A stretch of 64,000 nt of DNA from a virus (lineage: Duplodnaviria > Heunggongvirae > Uroviricota > Caudoviricetes). Positions 33,420 through 43,364 of this stretch are shown here, piece by piece (the first letter of the stretch is position 1; each line of letters opens with the position of its first letter). Location: the IMG/VR virus record IMGVR_UViG_2923350032_000001, positions 1-64,000 of that record; one strand, written 5' to 3'. The position numbers and the translations under genes are program-made. The notes under the pieces are model-generated. The model had not been told where the DNA came from. It did not search any database and worked only from the letters and a program-made list of their open reading frames with translations.

Positions 33420-33428
33420 TGTATTCCC

Positions 33429-35018
33429 TTACTTAATAAGCAGCGGTACGCCCTGGATACGACGGGCTACGCCAGTCGGGCAGCAGGCCCAGACTACTTC
33501 CCATTTATCGAATTCCGCCTGCGTAACTTTCAGCACATACGGTTCTGTACCGTCAGCATCAGGATCACGAGGAGCCACCAGAGCGCCGGAGGCGACAAAG
33601 CGATCCAAAAGTTTGGTCATCCCTTTAGTCAGACCAGCGGCAGTAATACCGTCAGGGCTATGCTTCATCTGGCGGGCTAACTGGACAAAGAAACGGCTGA
33701 TTGCATTCATCAGGGATGGGACGTGCTGGAAGTGCAGATAGTTATCCTGCGTGCAGCAAGTTAAAGCATCGTCGATGATCATCTGGCCAGAGGTGCCAAC
33801 AGATACTTTATTGAGGCGGCCCTTAACCATTGCTTCTTCGTCCGGGGTATCTTCCGGATACAGCGGTTGAATTGACGCACGAGCAATGACGGCACGTTCT
33901 TCACCAGCCGGTGAGTAATGCCAACCGCCGACATCAGAGTTTTTCTTGACGCCACGAGCTTTCGCCGCATACGCCGCGCCAGACAGACCGAAGACCACAC
34001 GGGATTGGGTCCATTTGTCTTTGCAGGAGAACGGGAAGTGATAGACAGCACAGCTTACATAATCGGTACCAAATAAACCGGTATCTTCAACAGCAGAGAG
34101 CGCTTCCGTATACGTCAATGTCGGTTTGACATCAAAGAAGCCATCAATCAGGCGATCAGAACAAATATTACCTAACGCGGTGATCGCCGCATTGTCATAG
34201 CAACCCAGGCCGAGAACAGCGGTGTACATGTACGGCGCATTGTTCAGCACTTTCACCGCACGCAGGTACGCAGCGGTTGAGATTTTCGACTGATCACCGT
34301 TGGTACCACCAGTGAACGCCAACGATTTTTTATTTGTTACTTTCGCCGTCGAAATCAGCTCTTCATTAACAACCGCGCGCAGATATTTAGAACGGGCTTC
34401 CAGAGCCGTAGGCAGATAACACAAGCGGCCCATGTCATCTTTCGCTTCTTCCGCCAAAGACACAGTGTGTGTCTCCAGGGTCGTTACCACGCCGAGCGAA
34501 GTCGTCTGGGTAAGTTTTAAGAGGAAGCGTTCATTACCCGCGCTGTCCGCTGTTGCCGTTTCGATGGTTAACTCACGGGTAGGTGAAATACACGGATCAC
34601 CATCATCAACGTAGATAGCAAAGGCTTCGCCACTATCAAGTTCAATTTCAGAACCGTATGGCAACGCACTGTAAGCCGGTTCGCCTGATTCATCGAACAT
34701 AATAATCGGGAACTTCGCATCATCCGGAACAGCACGAACAACATAACCTGACGTTTGCTGAATAGCTTCGTATACATGGCGAATTGGTTCGAACTGTGAG
34801 CCGGAAGACGGCTTCAGCGGTTCGCCGAGAACATCTTCGTAATTGGACTCAGTAACCGCAAGAACAGTAAACGGCTTGCCACGCGCAAATACGCCAATAC
34901 CAGCCCACAAGCTGCTATTTAATGCAACACCGGTAGATAACGTCGCATCGGCATTGATCGGGCTAACCGCGACGCCGGATGCATTACCTAATGACTGTTG
35001 AATTGAATATTGAGACAT
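33429..35018 (-). CDS. Large virion structural protein (P1 gp22-like, possibly tail sheath)
   Basis: 529-aa ORF adjacent to the putative major head gene; position matches P1 21-22-23 order. Confidence 0.4.
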   Translation of the reverse strand: MSQYSIQQSLGNASGVAVSPINADATLSTGVALNSSLWAGIGVFARGKPFTVLAVTESNYEDVLGEPLKPSSGSQFEPIRHVYEAIQQTSGYVVRAVPDDAKFPIIMFDESGEPAYSALPYGSEIELDSGEAFAIYVDDGDPCISPTRELTIETATADSAGNERFLLKLTQTTSLGVVTTLETHTVSLAEEAKDDMGRLCYLPTALEARSKYLRAVVNEELISTAKVTNKKSLAFTGGTNGDQSKISTAAYLRAVKVLNNAPYMYTAVLGLGCYDNAAITALGNICSDRLIDGFFDVKPTLTYTEALSAVEDTGLFGTDYVSCAVYHFPFSCKDKWTQSRVVFGLSGAAYAAKARGVKKNSDVGGWHYSPAGEERAVIARASIQPLYPEDTPDEEAMVKGRLNKVSVGTSGQMIIDDALTCCTQDNYLHFQHVPSLMNAISRFFVQLARQMKHSPDGITAAGLTKGMTKLLDRFVASGALVAPRDPDADGTEPYVLKVTQAEFDKWEVVWACCPTGVARRIQGVPLLIK

Positions 35019-35078
35019 AACTTTCCCTGTTATGCGCCCCGCACGGGGGCGCTATGTTAAACGGAGAACTTCCCCTGA

Positions 35079-36806
35079 TTACTCAGAGTCACCGGCATCA
35101 ATCGTGTCGCCGCTAATGAAGTTAAGCCCGCCTTTTTTGGCCATTGTCAGCGTTACACGAGTGAAGTAATCAGCGCCGTTGCGTGGGTGCATATCGTTGA
35201 TAGCCGAACCCCACAGTGTGGTACGGTTGACCAGCGCCGGAGTGGTCGGATGCTGGAACGGGATAGCCGGGACAGCATCACCAGTCACGAAGCCTGCTTT
35301 ACCCGGATTTTCATCACGGACGTAGCACAGCACATCCATCGAGCTGAACTGAATGTTCTCTGTCGTTAAGTTCTTACAAATACCAGCAGGTACTTCGTAC
35401 ACTTTCACGTTACCGAACAGGGTACCGATGTAGTGAACATACGGAGTCTGGATATAGTCTTCGGCTGGCTGGAAGAAATCCTTCGGCAACTGTTTGAAGA
35501 AAGATGCTGCATCAGCACCAGCAAACATCCCCATCGCACCAGAAGATTTAACGCGCTCAATAATGTCGCGATATACAGTCTGGAATTTGCCACGAATGAT
35601 GGTTGCCCATACATCAAAGGACTGGTTAACCGGCAGAGCGATGTCAAAGGTGTCGGTCGCAAGAGTACGCCAGATCATGATGCGAAGACGCAGCATATCC
35701 TGTTCATGAGACAGGTATTCCTTCAGGGTGCGGAACTGTAGGGAACCCAGGTCCAGACCAAATTCACGCTGTGCTTCATACGCCGCCTGTACCGTGTGCT
35801 CAGCCGCGATAACGAACTGGCTTGGGAACAGGGTGTATTTCTTCATTTCGTGGTTGATCAGCGGGATCAGCTCAGGAGCGGCTTCAATATTGATTTCCGT
35901 CTCAATTGCGATCTCAGTGCCTTTATCCGGCGCTTTGGAGAACGACAGGGCAATCTGACCAATGTTGTAGTTCAGAGAGCAGGTAACAGTGATTTGCTCA
36001 CCAGCAGCATTAGTAAACGAGTGAAGTAGGCTGCCGGAACCGTTATCAACAACAGACTTAATACGGTTAACGTAGATATTAGTGCGACCTTTTCGGATTG
36101 GTACATTCTGGCCTTCGAAGTCTTCCATCTTGAAGGTTGCGGTTTTGCTGGTGCCATCGGAGCTTGCCACCAGCACATAGCGGCGGCGTAACTGGCTGTA
36201 CACACCGACGGATTGCATGTCCAGAACATCACCAGCAGCATAAGAACCAAAAGAGGAACCTGCCACGTTAAAGACTTCATAGATGTCGGACTGGTCACGC
36301 GTAACCGGAATGAAGGTACACGCATCAGCGGTAGCTGCCCCCAACTGAACAGGCAGGATCATCGCGAGGAATAAAGGCAGACGCATAACACCGTCAGAAA
36401 CGCTCATCATCTCTGCTGCAACGGATTCCAGCATCGCTTTATTAGTGGCATCCATGCTATTGCGGGTGGACTCAATCAGGCAGTTTTCCAGCGTCTGGTG
36501 GCAGGAGGCCAGAATTTCCGGACGCGGCATAGATTTATGTGCTGCGGCGTAGTCAGCCAGTGCACTTGCCCACGCTGTAGCGATTTGAGCGGTGGCATTA
36601 TCAGAGATACCCGCAAAAACCGGGTCTTTACGTGCAGCTTCAAGGATAGATGCGGCACGCGCGGCATCATCTTTAATGAATTGGTTATCAGTACCGAACT
36701 GCGCAGTGCTTGCCCAGCCAAGCACAGCTTTAGAGCGTTTTGCGATATCTGCAATACGATTCTGGTATTCGCGTAAGTTACTCAATTTACTCTTCCTTAA
36801 ACACAA
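35079..36806 (-). CDS. Putative major head protein (P1 gp23-like)
   Basis: 575-aa ORF immediately upstream of parS, as gene 23 in P1. Confidence 0.45.
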   Translation of the reverse strand: MCLRKSKLSNLREYQNRIADIAKRSKAVLGWASTAQFGTDNQFIKDDAARAASILEAARKDPVFAGISDNATAQIATAWASALADYAAAHKSMPRPEILASCHQTLENCLIESTRNSMDATNKAMLESVAAEMMSVSDGVMRLPLFLAMILPVQLGAATADACTFIPVTRDQSDIYEVFNVAGSSFGSYAAGDVLDMQSVGVYSQLRRRYVLVASSDGTSKTATFKMEDFEGQNVPIRKGRTNIYVNRIKSVVDNGSGSLLHSFTNAAGEQITVTCSLNYNIGQIALSFSKAPDKGTEIAIETEINIEAAPELIPLINHEMKKYTLFPSQFVIAAEHTVQAAYEAQREFGLDLGSLQFRTLKEYLSHEQDMLRLRIMIWRTLATDTFDIALPVNQSFDVWATIIRGKFQTVYRDIIERVKSSGAMGMFAGADAASFFKQLPKDFFQPAEDYIQTPYVHYIGTLFGNVKVYEVPAGICKNLTTENIQFSSMDVLCYVRDENPGKAGFVTGDAVPAIPFQHPTTPALVNRTTLWGSAINDMHPRNGADYFTRVTLTMAKKGGLNFISGDTIDAGDSE

Positions 36807-36839
36807 GGCACTTGTGTGAATCCCTTTTCGGAAGAGATT

Positions 36840-37045
36840 TTATTGAAAGTCACTTGTTGACTTTCTCGCTAAAAGTAATTTTTTAAATTTTTTGTGCGGG
36901 GGAGGGGGCAAGTAAAATAGGCGTGAAACCGTGGGAATTTCAGTCTGAAATTTTTCTAAAAAACATATATAAATCATAATGTTAATAATGAAATCGGTGC
37001 GGGACATTTTAGGCAGGGGAGGGGCTAACGCCACCTCCCACCAGC
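36840..37045. other. parS: parS-like centromere
   Basis: Region downstream of parB with repeated TGAAAT/ATTTCA heptad-like boxes, GGGG-rich boxes and an AT-rich IHF-like centre. Confidence 0.55.
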
Positions 37046-37049
37046 AGGT

Positions 37050-38015
37050 TTATTTTCCTGCGGACATTTTCTCAATGATTTTTTTTATTGCTTCGTCAAT
37101 TTCAGTTTGCACTTCAGATGGGAGTCTGGAGAACTCGTAGGCGACTACCCGTTTTTTCGGATCGGTCTTCTTTCGTGCGTACTGGCGTCGGTCAGAGAAA
37201 TCTCGCAGCTTCTCTACCACTACAGATTTAACCGGCGCAGGTTTCAGGCTTTTGCTTTCCGCTTTGAAGATAGCCAGTATCTTCGCTTTATCCTCTTTCG
37301 CGCCCTCAGTCTCTGCAATTCGCTCGCGCACCGTATCAACCAGTTCTCCAATCGGTACGTTTTTAGCGTTAGCATCTTCGGAGATCTGGAGCAGCAACTG
37401 GTAATCAGGCAGGGCGAGATCGCTGGCAACAGGGAAGACAGCAATCATCTCATCCGGCACCGCCGCAGCCTGGAAAGCTCGCGTCACTTTAGCCTTTGAG
37501 ATGTTCTCAGCTCGGGCGATCTCTTCTTTGGTCATATTCTTGCCGTACATAACCTCGAAGCGTTTACCCAGCTCGCGCAGGGTGTGTTCGCGGGCTGTCT
37601 GGATATCAATGGCCAGCTGGCGGGCATCTGCCAAGCTGATCTCATCTTTCGTCACCAGAATCTCAAATTTCGTTTCATTGAAGATACACGCAGCGCGGCG
37701 ACGTGATCCGTCCAATACCTCAATGCGCTCCCCAACCATACGGCCGATAGCCGGGAAGAACTGTTGCAATTTAATGGTGCGGGAAATATCGCTTACCGAC
37801 TCAGGGGTGAGCAGAGACTGATCGCGGCCGTTAACTGCCGGGTCAACGAACGTGCGCGACTCAATCTCACCACTCAGCACAACGGTAAGCAAAAATTTAG
37901 CCTGGCGGCCAGATTTTAGGGTAAAGGTTTTGGTGCCTTCACTGCCTTCAAGCATGCGAGCAAACTCGGAGCTATTCTTGCCCAGCACTCGTCCACGGGA
38001 AACTATTTTTTTCAT
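37050..38015 (-). CDS. parB: Partition protein ParB
   Basis: 321-aa ORF with ParB box (ILDGSRRRAA) and HTH; divergent from remembered P1 ParB. Confidence 0.85.
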   Translation of the reverse strand: MKKIVSRGRVLGKNSSEFARMLEGSEGTKTFTLKSGRQAKFLLTVVLSGEIESRTFVDPAVNGRDQSLLTPESVSDISRTIKLQQFFPAIGRMVGERIEVLDGSRRRAACIFNETKFEILVTKDEISLADARQLAIDIQTAREHTLRELGKRFEVMYGKNMTKEEIARAENISKAKVTRAFQAAAVPDEMIAVFPVASDLALPDYQLLLQISEDANAKNVPIGELVDTVRERIAETEGAKEDKAKILAIFKAESKSLKPAPVKSVVVEKLRDFSDRRQYARKKTDPKKRVVAYEFSRLPSEVQTEIDEAIKKIIEKMSAGK

Positions 38016-39223
38016 GCCGCCTCACCCCTAACAAACTCAATTCGATCAAACACAGCCTTAGTGAAACGCTCGGCCTCGGTTCGTGCCTTCTTCAGCGCCT
38101 CTGCACTGCCTGGATACGATTGCGGGTTGGCACTGATTACGGTGTCGAAAGACTCGCCGCATCGCTCAAATCCATCCAGACGAGGCAGAGAAGAGTCCAG
38201 AATGTTGCTGGCGTAAACCTCACGCGCAAGGCTGTGTGATGTCTCGTGATCGCGCTTGCCGGTCATCTTCGACATAAAACCAATGCTGGCGCTTAAACGC
38301 GGTTCTACGCCTTCCTCCTCCAGTTGCTCCAGCATTTCTGGCAGACGGGTGAGATATTTCAGTGTTGAGTGGAAGTCAACCTGGGCTGGTGGGGTAGGGG
38401 TAAGCAGCAAATCGCTGGCCGCCAGACCGTTGAGCAGGAACGGATCCAGGTGTGGACCGGTATCAATAAAGATAAAGTCATAATCATCCGCAACACGATC
38501 AATGATATTGCGGCGAAGGATTTCGTACTGATTTTGTCCGGGAAGATGCTCTTCAACCAGCTCTTTCCATTGGCTGGCAACAAAGCCATCGTCGATAGAG
38601 GCTGGAATCACGTCTACGCCAGGAACGATGGTCGGACGAATCACCTCTTTGCGTAGCGTCTCCGCGTCCAGGTCGTTCAGCATCGCCTGCGCGGCGGTTT
38701 CCAGGATGGAACCAATACTGTGAGTATGGTCGAGGAACATTGTGCTGGATGCCTGAGGGTCAAGGTCAATTACCAGAATGCGCAGATCGTGACGCAGTAA
38801 ATCCTGATGCACACGCAGAGCGTGCGCCAACGTGACTGTGGAAACCGTTTTGGATACGCCACCCTTCAGGTTTACGACAAAAATAACGTAAGGCGATTTG
38901 TGAATGTCGCGATATTTGGGGATCTTACGGTGGGCATAGATATCAATGACGTTCTGGATGGTCAGCGCGTACTGTTCAACGTTACCGACCTGTTTCTTGT
39001 TGAACTGGTACCCATCATCTTCCATCTCTTTGATGGCCTGCTCCACAATGCGGCGGCTCAGCTTCGGCAACTTTGCCACAGCGTTACGAGTGAACGTCTG
39101 ATAATACTCGGTCTGATTGAACTCTTTGCGCTGATCTTCAATATCCTGACTCATGGCCTTAAGTAATGCGCTTGCACGAAGAGCTATGGTGCCGACACCG
39201 CCGTAATCGCGTTTCATCATCAT
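38012..39223 (-). CDS. parA: Partition ATPase ParA (type Ia)
   Basis: 403-aa ORF with deviant Walker A (KGGVSKT) and C-terminus matching P1 ParA (LPRLDGFERCGESFDTVISANP). Confidence 0.9.
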   Translation of the reverse strand: MMMKRDYGGVGTIALRASALLKAMSQDIEDQRKEFNQTEYYQTFTRNAVAKLPKLSRRIVEQAIKEMEDDGYQFNKKQVGNVEQYALTIQNVIDIYAHRKIPKYRDIHKSPYVIFVVNLKGGVSKTVSTVTLAHALRVHQDLLRHDLRILVIDLDPQASSTMFLDHTHSIGSILETAAQAMLNDLDAETLRKEVIRPTIVPGVDVIPASIDDGFVASQWKELVEEHLPGQNQYEILRRNIIDRVADDYDFIFIDTGPHLDPFLLNGLAASDLLLTPTPPAQVDFHSTLKYLTRLPEMLEQLEEEGVEPRLSASIGFMSKMTGKRDHETSHSLAREVYASNILDSSLPRLDGFERCGESFDTVISANPQSYPGSAEALKKARTEAERFTKAVFDRIEFVRGEAA

Positions 39224-39332
39224 CTCCTTATCATTTCGTATGAGTGAATTGTACGTTTGATTCTGCTACGTGCAACTTTTTTTGATTCGTGCGTCAATTA
39301 TTGCACGTAAAGAAATGGCGATGAGGCTATTA

Positions 39333-39618
39333 GATGTGTGCTGGAGGGATGATGCAGGACCAGAATGTGCGATAGAGGGAAGTCGCATTGAATTATGTGT
39401 TGTGGAGGGATCGCTTGTATCAAATATGTGTGCTGGAGGGAAAGACAGAGAATTACATGTGCACTGGAGGGAAAAACGGATGGACAGATGTGTGCTGGAG
39501 GGAAAGTCTGAGCAAACTGCGGGGCGTCCCCCTCCAGCGCACATCAAAAACGGGAAATTGGACAAGCCTTCCCGGCAGCACACATTTTTTGAATGCAGCT
39601 GCCCTCCAGCACACACTT
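39333..39618. repeat. incA: incA: about nine 19-bp RepA-binding iterons (copy-number control)
   Basis: Repeats of GATGTGTGCTGGAGGGAAA and its complement in both orientations. Confidence 0.85.
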
Positions 39619-40477
39619 ATTCGGGGAGTTTCAGCTTTGGATTGCGAGAATGGACGATTACAAAACTTTCCCGGCCTTTCTTCTCAATTGAACAGTCGAG
39701 ATAGCCGATTGTTTTAAGCTGTTCTATCGCTTTCTTAATGATACGGTTTTGCTCGCCAACAGCTGACTGCAAAGCCAGGCGCTCACGGATTCGGGCGAAA
39801 GATAGCGGCAACGGATTCTGCGGAAGGCTTTCGATGAAAGTGTAAATGGCTTGTGCAGCTTCTTTCTTCGGAAGGGCACGCAAGGCGTGGTGTTGCAACA
39901 GAACGCGATAATCAAGCTGGAACAGCTCCCACAGCTTCGAATCAGCCTCCAGCTCTATCAGATCAAGGTCAGCATCAAAACGACCGACCTTTAGCAGACC
40001 AGTCTGATAGCCGCCTTTAGCATCTTTTCCGCGCTTAAAAGCGATACCCTTGTTACGTAAGCGTCCAAGTGATTCATGAATGGTTAAACGCAGTTTCGCA
40101 TCCAGACGTTTTGAGGGGAAACCACAGGCTTTAGCGAATTCCTGAAACGATAACTGGATGGTGTTTGAGGACAAGCCGTATTTGCTGAACGCGTAGATGA
40201 CACCGATCCACGTTTTGAAATCAGTATCCATATCGAGTCGAGGACCGGTGATTTTAATATCATCGTAACCCTCGGCTTTAGCTATCTCCAGCTGGGAAAA
40301 CGCTTTGGTGGCATCAATCTCTTTACTTTCTCCTTTGCTCTTTGATGGCTTCGGCACGAATACCCCCAAGCGCATCAACGCTACAGGCTGCACAGTGTTG
40401 TTTGAATTAACTGTTAGTTCTTTTGCCTTACTTTCAATGTCTGCGTAAAGAATATCGGAGATAAATGATTGATTCAT
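39617..40477 (-). CDS. repA: Plasmid replication initiator RepA
   Basis: 286-aa ORF MNQSFISDILYADIESKAKELTVNSNNT... matches remembered P1 RepA; flanked by incA and incC iterons. Confidence 0.95.
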   Translation of the reverse strand: MNQSFISDILYADIESKAKELTVNSNNTVQPVALMRLGVFVPKPSKSKGESKEIDATKAFSQLEIAKAEGYDDIKITGPRLDMDTDFKTWIGVIYAFSKYGLSSNTIQLSFQEFAKACGFPSKRLDAKLRLTIHESLGRLRNKGIAFKRGKDAKGGYQTGLLKVGRFDADLDLIELEADSKLWELFQLDYRVLLQHHALRALPKKEAAQAIYTFIESLPQNPLPLSFARIRERLALQSAVGEQNRIIKKAIEQLKTIGYLDCSIEKKGRESFVIVHSRNPKLKLPE

Positions 40478-40534
40478 ATTACTTTTTCCGAATTGTGTGG
40501 ATAGTTTTTATAAGTGGTGATAACTACCCAGGCT

Positions 40535-40640
40535 TTCCCGTCAGCACACATCCTATATCCCGCCAGCACACATTAGCAACCCGTCAGCACACATTTTTAT
40601 CCCTCCAGCACACATCGTTTTCCCTCCAGCACACATCGCG
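40535..40640. repeat. incC: incC: five 19-bp iterons of the plasmid origin
   Basis: Five direct repeats of TCCCTCCAGCACACATC-type sequence. Confidence 0.85.
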
Positions 40641-40760
40641 ATACACTTCTAAGCCAGACGTGGCGCGGCCTGCAACGATCAGGGATCTATATGGATCTAA
40701 TTGGGATCTATATGGACCTGATTATTGGATCTATCCAGTGGATAATGTGGATAAGTGAAA
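40641..40760. other. oriR: oriR replication origin (GATC cluster plus DnaA boxes)
   Basis: Five GATC sites within about 70 bp and a TGTGGATAA DnaA box. Confidence 0.75.
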
Positions 40761-40795
40761 AACCGGCCAACGTAGCCGGTTGGAAGGGAGTCGTA

Positions 40796-41188
40796 TTATT
40801 CTACGCTTTCGATGAGAAGACCATGTTCATAGCATTTAAGCTCATCGCCCTCGTACAGGAATTGGTATCCAATACCACCATATTCAGGCACATTAGGGAA
40901 TAACTCATCACTTACCGAAGAACAAATCACACCAATGCAGCGATCAACGCCTTCTCGTTCTTCAGTGCTGAAAAAATCCTCTTCGGTAAGAACATGAGTA
41001 CATTGCTCATCAGCATAGGTCAGAAATACATGCTCGATGCAATCCGGGTGTTTTAAACCAAGCTGATCGGCAAGCTCGAAAGCATGACGGTATTGTTCAG
41101 ATCCTGGCTTGCCAACAGTGATTTGCTCAATTTTGTAGATTGAAGTCGTTTTGTTGATAGTTTGCTTTACTGTTACTTTATCAGACAT
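40796..41188 (-). CDS. Hypothetical protein (P1 upfA position)
   Basis: 130-aa ORF downstream of the replicon. Confidence 0.4.
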   Translation of the reverse strand: MSDKVTVKQTINKTTSIYKIEQITVGKPGSEQYRHAFELADQLGLKHPDCIEHVFLTYADEQCTHVLTEEDFFSTEEREGVDRCIGVICSSVSDELFPNVPEYGGIGYQFLYEGDELKCYEHGLLIESVE

Positions 41189-41199
41189 AAAAATCCCTT

Positions 41200-41532
41200 T
41201 TAGTTACCGCTGATAGCGCGGTTGTAATCATTAACGTTGCGATTCTTCCTGTTAATCCCCATCAGCATCGTTTCTGTATCAAGGATATAGGCTGGCAGAT
41301 CATCAAAATATTCACTGCTAAACTCTGGCATCCTGCACATAAATGCACTTTTGGGGGCAGGGTGATTAACCTTTGTCGGCGTCGGCGTTAAATTCGCTGA
41401 TCGACTCCCGGAGCAACCGCTGAGTGTCAACAGGAATGCGCTGGCGAACACTACCCGACGCAACCAGTTGTTTCTGAACTTCAGCTTTTCGTTCCATTTG
41501 TCTGTCTGCATACTTCGCTTGTTCTGATTCAT
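41200..41532 (-). CDS. Lipoprotein (P1 mlp-like; candidate o-spanin)
   Basis: Lipobox LLTLSGC, Pro-rich mature part; overlaps the 3' end of the upstream TM/coiled-coil gene in another frame. Confidence 0.5.
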   Translation of the reverse strand: MNQNKRSMQTDKWNEKLKFRNNWLRRVVFASAFLLTLSGCSGSRSANLTPTPTKVNHPAPKSAFMCRMPEFSSEYFDDLPAYILDTETMLMGINRKNRNVNDYNRAISGN

Positions 41533-41788
41533 TTTTCACTTCCTGGCTGTGAAAATGTTGATCCGCTTTATTCATCGTCTCAATGGTCTGGTTAAGATCA
41601 ATGATTGACTTATCGCGCTCCTTAACAGCCTGATCAAGGCTGCCAATTTTTTCCAAGGCGTGCTTTAACTGATAACGTTCCCATGCAAACCCAGCACCAA
41701 CAAGTGCGCAAATCAGGACAAGAACACCAGTAACAGCAAGTTTCTCCTTCAAAGACAAAGCTGTTTTTAACGTTGAAAAAAACGACAT
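41366..41788 (-). CDS. N-terminal TM plus coiled-coil protein (candidate i-spanin)
   Basis: 140 aa; single TM helix then periplasmic coiled coil; 3' overlap with the lipoprotein gene. Confidence 0.45.
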   Translation of the reverse strand: MSFFSTLKTALSLKEKLAVTGVLVLICALVGAGFAWERYQLKHALEKIGSLDQAVKERDKSIIDLNQTIETMNKADQHFHSQEVKNESEQAKYADRQMERKAEVQKQLVASGSVRQRIPVDTQRLLRESISEFNADADKG

Positions 41789-41827
41789 TTCTTCCTCCTG
41801 AAGAAAAATTATCTGTGAAGTCCTTTG

Positions 41828-42616
41828 TTAAAGTGTCGCCTTGTTTAATTCATCAAGAACAGAATCAGGAACCAAAGCGGCAACTGCGCTGGCTGTGCTG
41901 GCCTTATTTGCTGATGCTTCCGCAAGCGCGGTACCGATAGCATGGTTATAAGCAGTTATGGCTACGCTGGCGCTTTCCTTCGCTCGTTCATACTGCTGTT
42001 GCAATGCTGCTACCGGTACTGTTGTCTGGTCGAAAAAAGCACCAAATTGTTCAGTTGCTTCCTTCAGTGCTTCAACTTGTTGTTCTGTCAGTGCTGGTGG
42101 GGGAGTGACTGCGCCGCCACCTGAATCAGAGCCTGACGAGCTTCCTGAGCCTGTGTTAAGGGTCTGGTTAATGTCCCCCATAACAGCGACTAAACTCGAC
42201 GTATTAAGCGCATTTACAGCGTCCTCAAGCGATTTCGTTGTAGTCGCGTCACCAATGGCAATAGAGATCGGCAGTTTTGAAACTTCTCGCTCATTAGCAC
42301 GACAGTAAACATCCCAACCAATATCGAGTTGAAGGAGCATTGACAGATCAGCATAACCAGCCAACAGCTCCGCGTGCTGAGTTGCCAGCCCTCCAATATT
42401 CGTTAAACCGGTTGTAGTTGTTCTGATCGTTGAAACATAACTGGTAATAGTGTCGGGATAGACAATTGTATCCAGAATTAATCCGGTCAATTCTTCTGCA
42501 AGCAGTTTTGCTGTGTTAGCACTGTTTCGTGCCGATGTTATGGCACCAGGTGTTTTCATCCCACCGGCGGCGGCCAATTTTTTATATGCGGATAACTGGT
42601 AGTCTTTTTCCAGCAT
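41828..42616 (-). CDS. Hypothetical protein
   Basis: About 262 aa from the internal Met (MLEKDY); Gly/Ser-rich linker. Confidence 0.35.
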   Translation of the reverse strand: MLEKDYQLSAYKKLAAAGGMKTPGAITSARNSANTAKLLAEELTGLILDTIVYPDTITSYVSTIRTTTTGLTNIGGLATQHAELLAGYADLSMLLQLDIGWDVYCRANEREVSKLPISIAIGDATTTKSLEDAVNALNTSSLVAVMGDINQTLNTGSGSSSGSDSGGGAVTPPPALTEQQVEALKEATEQFGAFFDQTTVPVAALQQQYERAKESASVAITAYNHAIGTALAEASANKASTASAVAALVPDSVLDELNKATL

Positions 42617-42624
42617 GATATCTC

Positions 42625-42909
42625 CTAACTTACCTGAACCAGGCCGTCTCCGGACGCTACGGTAGATCCGCATGAAACAGGGTCACCAACGCATACGATC
42701 CCTTTACCATTGACGGTAAACCATGCCCTGGTTGATATAGCTTGCCCACCGTGCGTACTGTTTCCATCGGTATGCTGTGCATATTGCTTACCATCAACTA
42801 ACACTTCGACTCCGTTGACTTTAAGTAGTGGTTCACTCTCTACAGGAGGCCTGGATGGGAATCCTCCGTGCCCCGAACAAATGCTGTCTTTTGTTGCAAT
42901 ACTCGCCAC
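42625..42909 (-). CDS. PAAR-domain protein (tail spike tip)
   Basis: 94 aa with paired Cys/His motifs (CSGHGG, HTDGNSTHGG, CVGDPVSCGS). Confidence 0.6.
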   Translation of the reverse strand: MASIATKDSICSGHGGFPSRPPVESEPLLKVNGVEVLVDGKQYAQHTDGNSTHGGQAISTRAWFTVNGKGIVCVGDPVSCGSTVASGDGLVQVS

Positions 42910-42990
42910 ATCACCACCAATTGTTTGCTCTAAGTTTTGTTATTTTAACTTAGGTTTATTGTGGCTTTAGTGTCATTGTCTTTGAGATTA

Positions 42991-43007
42991 ATTGCTCTAA
43001 TAAATAT
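42991..43007 (+). promoter_or_regulatory. C1 operator upstream of uhr-hrdC-dmt
   Basis: ATTGCTCTAATAAATAT, 16/17. Confidence 0.75.
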
Positions 43008-43079
43008 TGTTTTTTTATATCGTGTTTTCGGTACCATTCAGGCATCGCCCTTCAATGGGCATTAGTTAGGAGTCGTCAG

Positions 43080-43364
43080 ATGCAGATGGAGCTAATAAGC
43101 CGCAAGGAGTTCGATAGTCGGGTAACTAGCGGTGAACTCGACAACTTGCAGGCTATCAAGGTGAAAGAAGGCTTTTGCCTCATTGGGAATCAGAGCGGAA
43201 CAAATCGCGTTTTTATGCTTCGCCGTACGGATCTGAAGCCATTTGTCTGGAAGAACGAAATTGGTCCCAGCTCATACGCTCAAACGAGGGGGTGCCATAA
43301 CCTAGCCCTTTTCTACAAAGACGAGCTTTCTGTGGTTGATATTCAAGGGTTACAACATGTTTAA
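43080..43364 (+). CDS. uhr: Small protein upstream of hrdC
   Basis: 94-aa ORF in the P1 uhr position. Confidence 0.5.
   Translation: MQMELISRKEFDSRVTSGELDNLQAIKVKEGFCLIGNQSGTNRVFMLRRTDLKPFVWKNEIGPSSYAQTRGCHNLALFYKDELSVVDIQGLQHV

Noticed and set aside
35187-36819. Several 60-117-aa ORFs on both strands within the putative head gene
   Set aside because: Nested in or antisense to a 575-aa ORF with coherent structural-gene context.
39266-39717. ORFs of 109-144 aa and regular repeats in the region downstream of repA, considered as a possible CRISPR array
   Set aside because: The repeats are 19-bp RepA iterons in both orientations without unique spacers (incA); the ORFs are read through repeats and are not credible genes.
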